From an uncultured Bacillota bacterium (GTDB lineage: Bacteria; Sysuimicrobiota; Sysuimicrobiia; Sysuimicrobiales; Segetimicrobiaceae), in the NCBI GenBank assembly GCA_963804645.1, contig CAWDRG010000019.1, positions 224,001-288,000 of the forward strand: 64,000 nucleotides of DNA, read 5' to 3'. The translations under genes were made by a program, and so were the position numbers. The notes beneath the pieces were generated by a model. That model was not told where the DNA came from. It made no database searches and worked only from the letters and a program-made list of their open reading frames with translations. The first letter of the stretch is position 1. The number at the start of each line of letters is the position of its first letter. Positions 20,185 through 31,324 of this stretch are shown piece after piece.

Positions 20185-20390
20185 CCCCCAGGCAGCGTGT
20201 CGAGGACGCGACCTCTGGCTTGCGGCCTCTCGAAGCCGCCGGCCTCGTCTCCCTCCACCCCCCAACAGCCCTTGCGTCGATGCCGGTCGGATTGATTCGG
20301 GACGCAAACACGCGCTCGGGCCTCTATTTTCGCCTCTCTTGCGTCCCCCCCAACGCAGGTTGCGAAATTGCTGCCGCCGCCGTGCGCTTC

Positions 20391-20420
20391 TTGTCAGTAA
20401 TCGACGTCCTGTGATATACT
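20391..20420 (+). promoter_or_regulatory. Sigma70-type promoter of the rimP-nusA-infB operon
   Basis: TTGTCA-18 nt-TATACT with extended TG. Confidence 0.7.
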
Positions 20421-20466
20421 GACGAAGGTTCGAAGTAAGGGCGGGCCCCAATCGTGGCGTGATCGG

Positions 20467-20494
20467 GAGTGGGTAGTTCGGGACCCACTCTTTT
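20467..20494 (+). terminator. rimP leader attenuator hairpin
   Basis: GAGTGGGT-8 nt-ACCCACTC-TTTT between promoter and rimP start. Confidence 0.7.
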
Positions 20495-20540
20495 CCTTCT
20501 TACCGGAACGCCGGAGGAGGGGGGCACGCGAGGGCAACGG

Positions 20541-21035
20541 ATGAGACGCCGGGAGATCGCGGACCAGGTGACGGTGCTGGCGGCCCCGATCGCTGCGAGG
20601 CTCGGCCTCCAGATCGTGGACGTCGAACTGGCCGGCGCCGCGGGGCACCAGGTGGTCCGGGTGCTGGTGGAGCGGGACGGGGACGTGGGCGTCGAAGACT
20701 GTGCGAAGCTCAGCGAGGCGCTCGGGCGGGAGATGGACCTGTACGACCTCCCGATCGGGACCTATACGCTGGAGGTGGCATCGCCCGGTCTGGACCGGCC
20801 GCTTCGGAGGCCTGAGGAGTTCATCAGGTTTTCCGGGCGGAACGTGTCGGTGACGACGTTCGCGCCCGTAGACGGGCAGCGGCGGTTTCGCGGACAGCTG
20901 CTCGGCCTGGTCGACGGGGCGGTGACAGTGCGGCTCGAGGATGGACGCGAGGTGCGGTTTCCGCCCTCGGACATCGCGCAGGCGAGGCTCGTGGTCGGGA
21001 TGGACGATCTGCGGGCGGATCTGAGACGGTCATAA
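20541..21035 (+). CDS. rimP: Ribosome maturation factor RimP
   Basis: VEDCAKLSEAL; YTLEVASPGLDRPL; upstream of nusA. Confidence 0.95.
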   Translation: MRRREIADQVTVLAAPIAARLGLQIVDVELAGAAGHQVVRVLVERDGDVGVEDCAKLSEALGREMDLYDLPIGTYTLEVASPGLDRPLRRPEEFIRFSGRNVSVTTFAPVDGQRRFRGQLLGLVDGAVTVRLEDGREVRFPPSDIAQARLVVGMDDLRADLRRS

Positions 21036-21101
21036 CGCTGGACGACAGGCTTCCGGGCGGTGCGGGAGGGCGGCCGCCGGAGGCGTGGGGGTGACGCCAG
21101 G

Positions 21102-22301
<1,200 letters not shown>

Positions 22302-22304
22302 GCG

Positions 22305-22661
22305 ATGCCCAAAGTACGCAAAATCCCTCAGCGGCAGTGTGTCGCCTGCGGCGAGACGCGGAGCAAGCGGGACCTGGTCCGCGTCGTCCGCACGCCCGCG
22401 GGCGACGTGCGTGTGGACGCGACGGGCAAGTTGTCCGGGCGCGGGGCCTACGTGTGCCCGGCCCCCAGCTGTGTCGACCGTGCCCTTCGCGACGGCCGGC
22501 TCGCGGGCATCCTCGAACGGCCGCTGCCGGAAACCCTGTCCGAGGCCCTCAGGGAGGCGGTGTCGCGGGATACGACGCCCCGCGCCCCCGTCGTGCGTCG
22601 GATCTCGCTCCGCCAGGCCGCGGAGGCCCTGCGGGGCGAGCCGGAGGGACGGAACGAATGA
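22305..22661 (+). CDS. ylxR: YlxR/RnpM family RNA-binding protein
   Basis: PQRQCVACG; LVRVVRTP; GRGAYVC. Confidence 0.93.
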   Translation: MPKVRKIPQRQCVACGETRSKRDLVRVVRTPAGDVRVDATGKLSGRGAYVCPAPSCVDRALRDGRLAGILERPLPETLSEALREAVSRDTTPRAPVVRRISLRQAAEALRGEPEGRNE

Positions 22662-22692
22662 GCGGACGTGGAGATGAAATGGAGGGATCCTT

Positions 22693-25194
22693 GTGAAGGT
22701 GCATGAGCTGGCCAGGGAGCTCGGCCTGACCAGCCGGGAGCTGATTGCGCGGCTGGAGACGATGAAGGTCCCGGTCCGCAACCACATGAGCACGCTCGAC
22801 GACGACACGGTGGCGCGCCTGCGCCGCGGTCCGTCCGAGGGCGCGGCGGCAGCCGCATCTTCGCCGGCGGCGCCCGAGCCGCCGCGCGGTCCGGCGAAGG
22901 CCGTGGACGAGGACAAGATCAAGCAGAGTGCCTTCCTCCAGACGAACTACGGCGCGGAGATCAAGGGCGTGCGCGTCATTCGGACGCAGCGCGTGGAGGC
23001 GGCTCCGCCTCCGCCGCCCGAGGTGGTGGAGGTACCGGCCGAGGCCGCCCCGGTGAGGGCGGGGCAGAAGGCGCCCGTGCGTCCCGGAGCCCCAGCGCCC
23101 GCCAAGAAGCCGGAGATTAAGAAGTCCGCCCCGACGGTGCCGGCCAAGGAGCAGCGGCCCGCCGCGCAGGCGCCGGCTGCGGTCCAGGCGGCCGCACCGG
23201 CCGCCCCCGCGAAGGACAAGCCCACCGTGCGGTTTGGCGATGTGCGCAAGGCGCCGCGCTACGCGGCGGGGACGGCCGACGCGGGCACGCGCCCACTTCC
23301 CGAGACGGCCCCCGTGAGCGTGCCGGCGGAGCCGGCCAAACCGGTCGAGCCGGTGCGGCCGCAGCCCGCCGCTGCGGCGATGGCCCCCGCGGCCCCGGCG
23401 GTTCCGGCCCCCGCGGCCCCGGCTCCGGTGCGGTATCTGGAGCTCGACGGGCCGATCCAGGTCGGCGAGTTCGCCGCGCGCATGGGCGTGGGCCCGGGCG
23501 AGGTCGTCAAGAAGCTCGTCGAGAGCGGCGTGATGGCCGGCATCAACCACATGATCCCGCTCGAGGTGGCGAGCAAGATCGCCCCTGCGTTCAATTTCTC
23601 GGTCAAGGCCCCCGAGGTGGTGCAGGTCAACGAGGTCGCGTCCACTCTGGAGGCGGCCGAGGTCGCGCCCCACGAGAAGGGGACGACGCCCAGGCCGCCG
23701 GTCGTCACCGTGATGGGCCACGTCGATCACGGGAAGACGAGCCTGTTGGACGCGATTCGGAAAGCGTCCGTCGCAGCCCAGGAGTTCGGCGGGATCACCC
23801 AGCACATCGGCGCCTATACGGTCGACGTCGGCGGGAAGCCGGTCACGTTCCTCGACACGCCCGGCCACGAGGCGTTCACCGCCCTGCGGGCGCGGGGCGC
23901 GCAGGTCACCGACATCGTCGTGCTGGTGGTGGCCGCGGACGACGGCGTGATGCCGCAGACGATCGAAGCGATCAATCACGCGAAGGCGGCGCGGGTGCCG
24001 ATCATCGTGGCGATCAACAAGATCGACCTGCCGCAGACGAACCCCGACCGGGTGAAGCAGGAACTGTCGGATCTCGGCCTTGTGCCCGAGGACTGGGGCG
24101 GGGACACGATCATGGTGCCGACCTCGGCGCGCCAGGGGACCGGCCTCGACACGCTTTTGGAGATGATCCTGCTTGTGGCCGAACTGCGCGACTTCCGGGC
24201 GACGCCGGACCGGCCGGCGCGGGGGACCGTGATCGAAGCGCGGCTCGATCGGGGCCGCGGCCCGGTATCCACGGTGCTCGTGCAGGACGGCACGCTGCAC
24301 GCCGGCGACGCCGCGGTGGTCGGGGAGACGTACGGTCGCATCCGGGCCATGACGGACGACAAGGGTGTGCGGCGGATGGAGGCGGGGCCCAGCATCCCGG
24401 TCGAGGTGACGGGGCTGAGCGAGGTCCCCGCCGCCGGCGACCTGCTCGAGGTGGTGACGAACGAGCGCATCGCCAAGGCCGTCGCCGAGGAGCGGCGGGA
24501 GCGCCGCCGGGCGACCGATCAGACGCAAATCCGGCAGCTCAGCGTGGAGGAGATCTCCAAAGAGGCCGGCTCCCAGACCGAGCGCAAGGAGCTGCGCCTG
24601 ATCATCAAGGGCGACGTGCAGGGCTCCGTCGAAGCGCTCGTCGGCGCGCTCGAGCGCGTGACGACGCGGGAGGTCGTCATCACGATTCTCCACGCGGCGG
24701 TCGGCAACGTGACCGAGTCGGATGTCATGCTTGCCGCGGCGAGCCACGCGACCGTCATCGGCTTCAACGTGCGGCCCGAGCCGCCGGTGCGGCGTCTCGC
24801 CGAGAGCGAGGGCGCCGACGTGCGGCTCTACCGGGTGATCTACGAAGTGCTGGACGACGTCAAAAAGCTCGCAACCGGCCTGATCCCGCCCGAGGAAGTC
24901 GAGGTGATCACCGGCCGCGCGGAGGTCCGGCGCGTCTACTCCATCAGCCGCGTCGGCGTGATCGCGGGGTCGTACGTGCTCTCCGGCAAGATCACCCGCG
25001 GCAGCAAGTGCCGGCTGATCCGCGACGGCGTCGTGGTGCACGAGGGGGTCATCGGGTCGCTGCGCCGGTTCAAGGACGACGTGCGCGAGGTCACCGCCGA
25101 CTTCGAGTGCGGCATCGGCTTGGAGCGGTTCACTGACGTCAAGGAACGGGACATTATCGAGACGTACGCGATCGAGACGAAACCGGCCGCCTGA
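22693..25194 (+). CDS. infB: Translation initiation factor IF-2
   Basis: [10 protein letters not shown]; Pro/Ala-rich linker; [25 protein letters not shown]. Confidence 0.98.
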   Translation: MKVHELARELGLTSRELIARLETMKVPVRNHMSTLDDDTVARLRRGPSEGAAAAASSPAAPEPPRGPAKAVDEDKIKQSAFLQTNYGAEIKGVRVIRTQRVEAAPPPPPEVVEVPAEAAPVRAGQKAPVRPGAPAPAKKPEIKKSAPTVPAKEQRPAAQAPAAVQAAAPAAPAKDKPTVRFGDVRKAPRYAAGTADAGTRPLPETAPVSVPAEPAKPVEPVRPQPAAAAMAPAAPAVPAPAAPAPVRYLELDGPIQVGEFAARMGVGPGEVVKKLVESGVMAGINHMIPLEVASKIAPAFNFSVKAPEVVQVNEVASTLEAAEVAPHEKGTTPRPPVVTVMGHVDHGKTSLLDAIRKASVAAQEFGGITQHIGAYTVDVGGKPVTFLDTPGHEAFTALRARGAQVTDIVVLVVAADDGVMPQTIEAINHAKAARVPIIVAINKIDLPQTNPDRVKQELSDLGLVPEDWGGDTIMVPTSARQGTGLDTLLEMILLVAELRDFRATPDRPARGTVIEARLDRGRGPVSTVLVQDGTLHAGDAAVVGETYGRIRAMTDDKGVRRMEAGPSIPVEVTGLSEVPAAGDLLEVVTNERIAKAVAEERRERRRATDQTQIRQLSVEEISKEAGSQTERKELRLIIKGDVQGSVEALVGALERVTTREVVITILHAAVGNVTESDVMLAAASHATVIGFNVRPEPPVRRLAESEGADVRLYRVIYEVLDDVKKLATGLIPPEEVEVITGRAEVRRVYSISRVGVIAGSYVLSGKITRGSKCRLIRDGVVVHEGVIGSLRRFKDDVREVTADFECGIGLERFTDVKERDIIETYAIETKPAA

Positions 25195-25219
25195 TCAGAT
25201 CCCCGCCGGGGATGGCGCG

Positions 25220-25501
25220 ATGGTCGTCGGTGTGCTGCACGTCGAGTGCGGCCTTCCTGGAACCCAGAGCATCAAAGACAAGCGGCGGGTCGTGAAGTCG
25301 CTCCTCGACCGGCTGCACCATCGGTTCCACGTGGCCGCGGCCGAAGTGGCGCACCAGGACTCGTGGCGACGGGCGGGGCTGGCCGTGGCGTGCGTGAGTA
25401 CGAGCGCACGCCACGCCGACGAGGTGCTGGCGCACGTCGCGCACGCGATCGAGCTGCACGCGGATCTCGTGCTGCTCGACTACCACATTGAGATGCGGTG
25501 A
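25220..25501 (+). CDS. ylxP: DUF503 (YlxP) family protein
   Basis: SIKDKRRVVKSL; AEVAHQDSW; position between infB and rbfA. Confidence 0.9.
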   Translation: MVVGVLHVECGLPGTQSIKDKRRVVKSLLDRLHHRFHVAAAEVAHQDSWRRAGLAVACVSTSARHADEVLAHVAHAIELHADLVLLDYHIEMR

Positions 25502-25507
25502 GACACC

Positions 25508-25873
25508 ATGACGTCCCCACGGATCGCCCGATTACGCGAACTGTTCAAGCAGGAGGCCAGCGTCATTCTTCAGCGGTCGATGAACGATCCCCGCGTCGGG
25601 TTCGTGTCGGTCACGGACGTGGATCTGAGCGGTGACCTGAGGCACGCGAAGATCTTCGTGAGCGTGTATGGCGACGCGAAAGAGAAGACGCGCACGATGG
25701 CGGCGCTGACGAGCGCGCGGGGATTCGTCCGGACCGAGCTGGCCCGTCGGATCCGGCTCCGGTACTTCCCCCAAGTGCACTTCCAGATGGATGAGTCGAT
25801 CGAGCGGGGCGCCCGCGTGAACAGCCTGCTGCGGCAGGTGAAGCCCCCCGACCCCCCGCGGGACCCTGCATGA
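25508..25873 (+). CDS. rbfA: Ribosome-binding factor A
   Basis: DPRVGFVSVTDVDLSGDLRHAKIFVS; IRLRYFP; DESIERG. Confidence 0.96.
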   Translation: MTSPRIARLRELFKQEASVILQRSMNDPRVGFVSVTDVDLSGDLRHAKIFVSVYGDAKEKTRTMAALTSARGFVRTELARRIRLRYFPQVHFQMDESIERGARVNSLLRQVKPPDPPRDPA

Positions 25874-26844
25874 GCCCAGCCACGCGGATCGCCGAGGCCC
25901 TCCGAGGCCGCAGCCACGTGCTGCTGCTCGGCCACGTCTCCCCCGACGGCGACAGCCTCGGGTCCACCCTGGCCCTCGCCCGGGCGCTGTGGACGTGCGG
26001 GCAGCACGCGACCGTGGGGAGCGCCGACGGGGTGCCCACGATGTACCGGTTTCTGCCGGGGAGCGAGCGGATTCAGACGGCCCTTCCGGACGGCGCGACG
26101 TACGATGCGGTCGTGTTCATGGAGTGCAGTTCACCGGAGCGCGCCGGGGCGCTCGCGGCCCGCGCCGCCGGCGTTCCGCTCTGGGTCAATATCGATCACC
26201 ACGTCAGCAACTCGGGGTTCGGCGACCTGATCGACCACGATCCCGCGGCCGCCGCGGTCGGGGAGCTCGTCTATCCGATCGTCCGAGAATTTCTGCCCAC
26301 CCTCGACGCCGGAACGGCGACGTGCCTGCTGTGCGCGCTGTTGACGGACACCGGCAGCTTTCGGTATCAGAGCGTCGCGCCGGGCACGCTCCGCATCGCC
26401 GCGGACCTGGTCGCCGCCGGCGCGAGCGTGGCCGAGGTGTACGAACAGGTCTACGAGAACCGGCCCGCCAGCGCGCTGCACCTGCTCGGCAAGGCGCTCG
26501 ACCGCTGCGCGCTTGCGGAAGAGGGCCGCGTCGCGTGGACCGTCGTGACGCAGGCGATGCTCCGGGAGACCGGCGCCGTCATGGAGGACTCCGAAGGCAT
26601 CATCGGCGCGCTCCGAGGGATTGCCGGCGTCGAGGTCGCCGCGCTGTTCAAGGAGGAGCCGGACGGCATTCGCGTGAGCCTGCGGGCGCGGGGCCGCGTG
26701 CGGGCGCATGTGATCGCGGGGGCGTTCGGCGGGGGCGGGCACGCCGCGGCCGCCGGCTTCACCGGTCACGGCAGCCTGGATGACGTCGTGCGGCAGACGC
26801 TCGAAGTCGTCCAGCGTGAGCTGGGCGCGGTTTCGGAGTCGTAG
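25870..26844 (+). CDS. nrnA: DHH/DHHA1 phosphoesterase (NrnA-like oligoribonuclease/pAp phosphatase)
   Basis: HVSPDGDSLGS; NIDHH; TDTGSF; GGGGHAAAAG. Confidence 0.92.
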   Translation: MSPATRIAEALRGRSHVLLLGHVSPDGDSLGSTLALARALWTCGQHATVGSADGVPTMYRFLPGSERIQTALPDGATYDAVVFMECSSPERAGALAARAAGVPLWVNIDHHVSNSGFGDLIDHDPAAAAVGELVYPIVREFLPTLDAGTATCLLCALLTDTGSFRYQSVAPGTLRIAADLVAAGASVAEVYEQVYENRPASALHLLGKALDRCALAEEGRVAWTVVTQAMLRETGAVMEDSEGIIGALRGIAGVEVAALFKEEPDGIRVSLRARGRVRAHVIAGAFGGGGHAAAAGFTGHGSLDDVVRQTLEVVQRELGAVSES

Positions 26845-26852
26845 GGGCGCCG

Positions 26853-27800
26853 GTGGACGGAATCCTCTGCGTGCTGAAGCCGCCGGGCATGACGTCGCAC
26901 GACGTCGTGGATGTCGTGCGGCGCCTCGTGGGGATTCGCCGGGTCGGGCATACCGGGACGCTCGACCCGGGCGCCGCGGGCGTGCTCGTGTGCTGCGTCG
27001 GCCGCGCCACGCGGCTCAGCGAGTTCTTGATGGACGCCGACAAGGAGTACCGCGTGGAACTTCGGCTCGGGATGAGCACGAGCACCGGGGACGCGTACGG
27101 CGAGCTCCTCCCGCCCGCCGACGCGGAGCAGGCCGCGCGGCCGGTGCCGCGCGCGGCGCTGGACCAGGCGCTCCGGCAGTTCACGGGAGAGATCATGCAG
27201 ATCCCGCCGATGGTGTCGGCGATTCACCACGGCGGGACGCGGCTGTACCAGCTCGCGCGCCGCGGCGAGGTGGTCGAGCGGGACGCACGCAAGGTCTCGA
27301 TCTACCGCATCGACGTGCTGCGCGCCTCCGAGGATGGGCGGACGGTCCTGCTGCACGTCTCCTGCGGCAAGGGGACGTACATCCGCACACTGTGCGCCGA
27401 CGTGGGCGACGTGCTCGGCGTCGGCGGGTACGCGCACTTCATGATCCGCACCCGCGCGGGGCAGTTCGAGCTCGAGGACGCGTGGACGCTCGAAGAGCTG
27501 GCCGCGGCCCAAGCGCGCGACGCGCTGGCCGAGGCCCTCGCGTCGATGGACCGCGCCGTCACCCACCTGCCGGCGGTGGACCTCCCCGACCGGTCGGTGA
27601 CGGACGTGCTGCACGGTCACCCCGTGCCGTTATGGAAGCTGGGAGACACCCGCGTGTCGGACGACAGTCCGGTCCGGCTCCGCAGCCGGCAGGGCACCCT
27701 CATCGCGCTGGCGCGCATCGAGGACGGGGCGCTGCGGCCGTTCAAGGTGCTCGCGGGACCCGAGGGAGGGTCGGTTGCGCATCGCGCGCGGCCTCGCTGA
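26853..27800 (+). CDS. truB: tRNA pseudouridine(55) synthase
   Basis: KPPGMTSHDVV; GHTGTLDP; CGKGTYIRTL. Confidence 0.97.
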   Translation: MDGILCVLKPPGMTSHDVVDVVRRLVGIRRVGHTGTLDPGAAGVLVCCVGRATRLSEFLMDADKEYRVELRLGMSTSTGDAYGELLPPADAEQAARPVPRAALDQALRQFTGEIMQIPPMVSAIHHGGTRLYQLARRGEVVERDARKVSIYRIDVLRASEDGRTVLLHVSCGKGTYIRTLCADVGDVLGVGGYAHFMIRTRAGQFELEDAWTLEELAAAQARDALAEALASMDRAVTHLPAVDLPDRSVTDVLHGHPVPLWKLGDTRVSDDSPVRLRSRQGTLIALARIEDGALRPFKVLAGPEGGSVAHRARPR

Positions 27801-28722
27801 GGTTCCCGAGGCGCTCCCGGCGCCCGTGCTGGCGCTTGGGACGTTCGACGGCATCCACGTGGGGCACCGGCAGGTGATCGGCGGCGCCATGGCGCGCGCG
27901 CGGGATCTCGAGGGCACCGCGGTCGTCGTCACGTTCGAGCCCCATCCGCTCGAGGTGCTCCGGCCCGGCACCGACCCGGTCCTGCTGACGACCCTCGACG
28001 AGCGCCTCGCCCTGCTGGACGACGCCGGCGTGGACCTCACGGTCGTGCTTCCCTTCGACCTCGCGTTCTCGCAAATCACGGCGGAGACGTGGCTCGACGA
28101 GATCCTCGCCGGACGCCTGGACGCGCGCGCGGTGTTCGCCGGGTCGTCGTACACGTTCGGGCACCGGCGCCAGGGTACTGCGGCGCGCCTGGCGGAGTGG
28201 GGCCGGGACCGCGGGGTCGAGGTGCACCTGATCCCGGCGGTGCTGGTGAGCGGCGAGCCGGTCAGCAGCAGCCGGATCCGCACCGCGCTGCGGGAGGGGC
28301 TCGTTGACGAGGCGGCGCGCCTCTTGGGCCGCTGGTACGGATTGGGCGGCACCGTGACCTCGGGGCAGGGCCGCGGCCGCACGATCGGGTTTCCCACCGC
28401 CAACCTGGTCCCGCCGGCCCGGAAGGTGCTCCCGGGGCAGGGCGTCTACGCGACGATCGTCGACGTGGACGGGCGGCGATACGGGGGAGCGACCAACGTG
28501 GGGCGGCGCCCCACGTTCGGCGGCGGCGACGTGACGGTGGAGACGCATCTCCTGGGATTCGCCGGCGAGCTGTCCGGGCGCACGACCGTCGTGTCATTCG
28601 TGCAGCGGCTGCGCGAGGAGCGCACGTTTCCAGGCGCCGACGCCCTCGTGCGGCAGATTCACGACGACGTCGAGCAGGCACGGCAGTTGCTTGCCGGGGT
28701 GGGACCGGGTATAATACGGTAG
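27775..28722 (+). CDS. ribF: Bifunctional riboflavin kinase/FAD synthetase
   Basis: GTFDGIHVGH; VSSSRIR; GRTIGFPTAN; VETHLL. Confidence 0.97.
   Translation: MRIARGLAEVPEALPAPVLALGTFDGIHVGHRQVIGGAMARARDLEGTAVVVTFEPHPLEVLRPGTDPVLLTTLDERLALLDDAGVDLTVVLPFDLAFSQITAETWLDEILAGRLDARAVFAGSSYTFGHRRQGTAARLAEWGRDRGVEVHLIPAVLVSGEPVSSSRIRTALREGLVDEAARLLGRWYGLGGTVTSGQGRGRTIGFPTANLVPPARKVLPGQGVYATIVDVDGRRYGGATNVGRRPTFGGGDVTVETHLLGFAGELSGRTTVVSFVQRLREERTFPGADALVRQIHDDVEQARQLLAGVGPGIIR
28687..28715 (+). promoter_or_regulatory. Internal sigma70 promoter in the ribF 3' end, driving nusB
   Basis: TTGCTT-17 nt-TATAAT; an exact TATAAT is unusual in this GC background. Confidence 0.7.
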
Positions 28723-28788
28723 TGCCGGAGGGCCACCGGAGGGGCGCGGAAGACCACGGGGCATTGCAGGAGCCCCCGGCCACGAGTC

Positions 28789-28817
28789 TGACCACCGTCG
28801 CGGTGGTCAATTTGTTT
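28789..28817 (+). terminator. Terminator-like hairpin in the nusB leader
   Basis: TGACCACCG-TCG-CGGTGGTCA followed by ATTTGTTT. Confidence 0.7.
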
Positions 28818-28837
28818 GGGACGCAATTCGGAGAACG

Positions 28838-29266
28838 GTGACGATGCGGCGGCGGGCGCGCGAGGCGGCGTTGGAGGTCCTGTTCCAGATGGACCTGGGG
28901 AAGTTGTCGCTCGACGACGCCCTGGAGTCGATCCGCGGGCAGGGCTGGCCGCCGGACGACTGGACGTTCATCGTCACCCTCGCGCGCGGGACGCGCGAGC
29001 GGCTTGAGACCATCGACACGGTGATCACCGGGGTCGCCGAGCACTGGACGCTGGAGCGCATGGCGACCGTCGACCGCAACATCCTCCGCCTCGCCGTCTT
29101 CGAACTGCAGTCCGGGGACACCCCGGTCGGGGTCGTCATCAATGAGGCCGTCGAACTCGCCAAGCGCTACAGCACCGAGGAATCCGGTCGCTTCGTGAAC
29201 GGCATGCTCGGCAAAATCGCCCGATCCGGCCCCTCGCCGCTAGTGCGGCAGGCGGCGGACGTATGA
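28838..29266 (+). CDS. nusB: Transcription antitermination factor NusB
   Basis: RRRAREAALEVLFQ; VDRNILRLA; INEAVELAKRY; FVNGML. Confidence 0.96.
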   Translation: MTMRRRAREAALEVLFQMDLGKLSLDDALESIRGQGWPPDDWTFIVTLARGTRERLETIDTVITGVAEHWTLERMATVDRNILRLAVFELQSGDTPVGVVINEAVELAKRYSTEESGRFVNGMLGKIARSGPSPLVRQAADV

Positions 29267-29282
29267 GGGGCGGGGGTGGCCG

Positions 29283-29567
29283 ATGCGCGTGCGTGCAGTC
29301 GTGTCGGGACGGGTGCAGGGCGTCGGGTTCCGCTATTTCACCCGCTCGGCCGCGACGCGCCTCGGGGTCGGCGGATTCGTCCGCAACCTGCCCGACGGCC
29401 GCGTCGAAGTCTCTGCCGCAGGTGATCATCGGGCGCTCGAGGCGCTGCTGGCCGTGCTGCGCGAGGGTCCGGCCGGAGCGGCGGTCCGCGGCGTCGCCGT
29501 GGAGTGGGTCGACGCCGCCGAGGCGGGAGCGTCCGGCGCCGGGGCGCGCGAGTTCACCATCCGCTAG
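29283..29567 (+). CDS. acyP: Acylphosphatase
   Basis: VSGRVQGVGFR; GFVRNLPDGRVE. Confidence 0.95.
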   Translation: MRVRAVVSGRVQGVGFRYFTRSAATRLGVGGFVRNLPDGRVEVSAAGDHRALEALLAVLREGPAGAAVRGVAVEWVDAAEAGASGAGAREFTIR

Positions 29568-30488
29568 GTGAGGATGAAGGGAACGTCGCGCCGACCGGCC
29601 GCCATCGAAACGCTCCTCGCTGAGCACGGTCGCTTGGTCGAGGATGCGCTGGATCGCTATCTCCCCAGTTCCGCCACACCGCCGCAGGCCGTGCACCAGG
29701 CGATGCGCCACAGCGTGTTCGCCGGGGGCAAGCGGCTCCGCCCGATCCTCGTCATCGCCGCCGCGGGGGTCGTCGGAGCGCCGCCCGGGCACGTCATGGC
29801 GTCGGCGTGCGCGATCGAGCTGATCCATACCTACTCGCTGATCCACGACGATCTCCCCGCGATGGACAACTCGCCGACCCGGCGGGGCCGCCCGACCTGC
29901 CACGTGCTCTACGGCGAGGCGATGGCCGTGCTCGCCGGGGACGCGCTCCACGCCCTCGCGTTTGAGCTGCTCGTCCGCAACGCCGAGGTGCCGGGCATCG
30001 AGCCCGCGCGCGTGCTGCGGGCGATCGGCGAGGTGACGCACGGCATCGGCACGGCGGGGATGGTCGGCGGGCAGGTGCTGGATCTGCTCGCCGTCGGCGG
30101 GCCCCTCGACGAGGCCGCCGTGCGGGAGATGCACCGGCTCAAGACGGGCTCGCTGATCCGGGCGTGCCTGCGCGTGGGGGCGATTCTGGGCGGCGCCGAG
30201 CCGGCGACGCTCGAGGCCCTGGGCCGGTACGGCGCGCACGTCGGGCTCGCCTTTCAGATCGTCGACGACATCCTGGACGTCGTCGGCGAGCAGGCGAAGC
30301 TCGGCAAGGAGACCGGCAGCGACGCGACGATGGCGAAGGTGACGTTCCCGTCGGTGTTCGGCGTCGAGCGCTCGCGCGCCATCGCCGAGGACGCGACCCG
30401 GCAGGCGGTCGAGGCGCTGGCGTTCCTCGGCGCCCCGGCGGACCGGCTGTGCGATCTCGCCGAGTTTCTGCTGCACCGCGAGCGATGA
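29568..30488 (+). CDS. ispA: Farnesyl/geranylgeranyl diphosphate synthase
   Basis: GGKRLRP; SLIHDDLPAMD; RRGRPT; FQIVDDILD. Confidence 0.94.
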   Translation: MRMKGTSRRPAAIETLLAEHGRLVEDALDRYLPSSATPPQAVHQAMRHSVFAGGKRLRPILVIAAAGVVGAPPGHVMASACAIELIHTYSLIHDDLPAMDNSPTRRGRPTCHVLYGEAMAVLAGDALHALAFELLVRNAEVPGIEPARVLRAIGEVTHGIGTAGMVGGQVLDLLAVGGPLDEAAVREMHRLKTGSLIRACLRVGAILGGAEPATLEALGRYGAHVGLAFQIVDDILDVVGEQAKLGKETGSDATMAKVTFPSVFGVERSRAIAEDATRQAVEALAFLGAPADRLCDLAEFLLHRER

Positions 30489-31324
30489 CGACGCGGGCCG
30501 CGCCGGCGGTGGGTATGCGCCTCGACCAGTGGCTGGTGGCGCGGGGATTGACGGCCACGCGCGAGGAGGCGCAGGCGGCGATCATGGCCGGCCTCGTGAC
30601 CGTGGACACGCAGCGCGCGGACAAGCCGGGACGGCACGTTGGTCCGGACGCCGCGCGTCGTGCTGCACGGGCCCGCGCGTCCGTACGCCAGCCGCGGGGG
30701 GATCAAGCTGGCGGCGGCGCTCGACGCGTTCACGCTCGACGTGCGCGGGCGAGTCGCGGTCGATCTCGGCGCGAGCACCGGGGGGTTCACGGACTGCCTG
30801 CTGCAGCGGGGCGCCGCGCGGGTGTACGCGGTGGACGTGGGCCGCGGACAGCTGGCGTGGACGCCTGCGGACGCGATCCGCGCGTCGTCGTGCTCGAAGG
30901 CACGAACGCGCGGTCCCTGACGCCGGACGCCGTCGGAGGCCCGCGGGGGCTCGTCACTGCCGACCTGGCCTTCATCAGCCTGCGGCTCGTCTGGCCGGCG
31001 ATCGCCGGGCTCGTGGTGCCGGACGGCGACGTCGTCGCGCTGGTGAAGCCCCAGTTCGAGGCGGGCCGGGCCCGCGTGGGGCGGGGCGGCGTCGTGCGCG
31101 ATCCGGAGGTGCACGCGGCCGTGCTCGAGGACGTACTGCGCGGTGCGGAGGCGCACGGCCTGGTGCCGGCGGGGGCGATCCCGTCCCCGATCACCGGCCC
31201 GGCGGGCAACATCGAGTATCTCGTGCACCTGCGCCGCGCGGCGCCGTCCGCCGCGCGCCCGGACGTGGCGGCGGTCGTGCGCGAGGCGCACGCGCGGCTG
31301 GCGCCGGAGCGGGCGCGCCCGTGA
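30485..31324 (+). CDS. tlyA: TlyA-family rRNA methyltransferase, frameshifted as assembled
   Basis: S4 domain MRLDQWLV and KPQFE/GNIEY in one frame; SRGGIKL and [15 protein letters not shown] in another. Shifts near 30651 and 30861-30872. Confidence 0.9.
   Translation: MTTRAAPAVGMRLDQWLVARGLTATREEAQAAIMAGLVTVDTQRADKPGRHVGPDAARRAARARASVRQPRGDQAGGGARRVHARRARASRGRSRREHRGVHGLPAAAGRRAGVRGGRGPRTAGVDACGRDPRVVVLEGTNARSLTPDAVGGPRGLVTADLAFISLRLVWPAIAGLVVPDGDVVALVKPQFEAGRARVGRGGVVRDPEVHAAVLEDVLRGAEAHGLVPAGAIPSPITGPAGNIEYLVHLRRAAPSAARPDVAAVVREAHARLAPERARP

Larger units (their letters stand above)
18433..20373 (+). mobile_element. Two-gene insertion sequence, copy A (accessory gene plus DDE transposase; ISAs1/IS4-like superfamily)
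   Basis: Left end CAGGAGTTTCGGAACC vs reverse complement of right end CAGCAATTTCGCAACC (13/16). 9-bp TSD CCGCCGCCG at 18424-18432 and 20374-20382. Confidence 0.88.

Noticed and set aside
22830..23430. Pro/Ala-rich quasi-repeats
   Set aside because: Ordinary low-complexity linker of IF-2; no exact DNA repeat unit.
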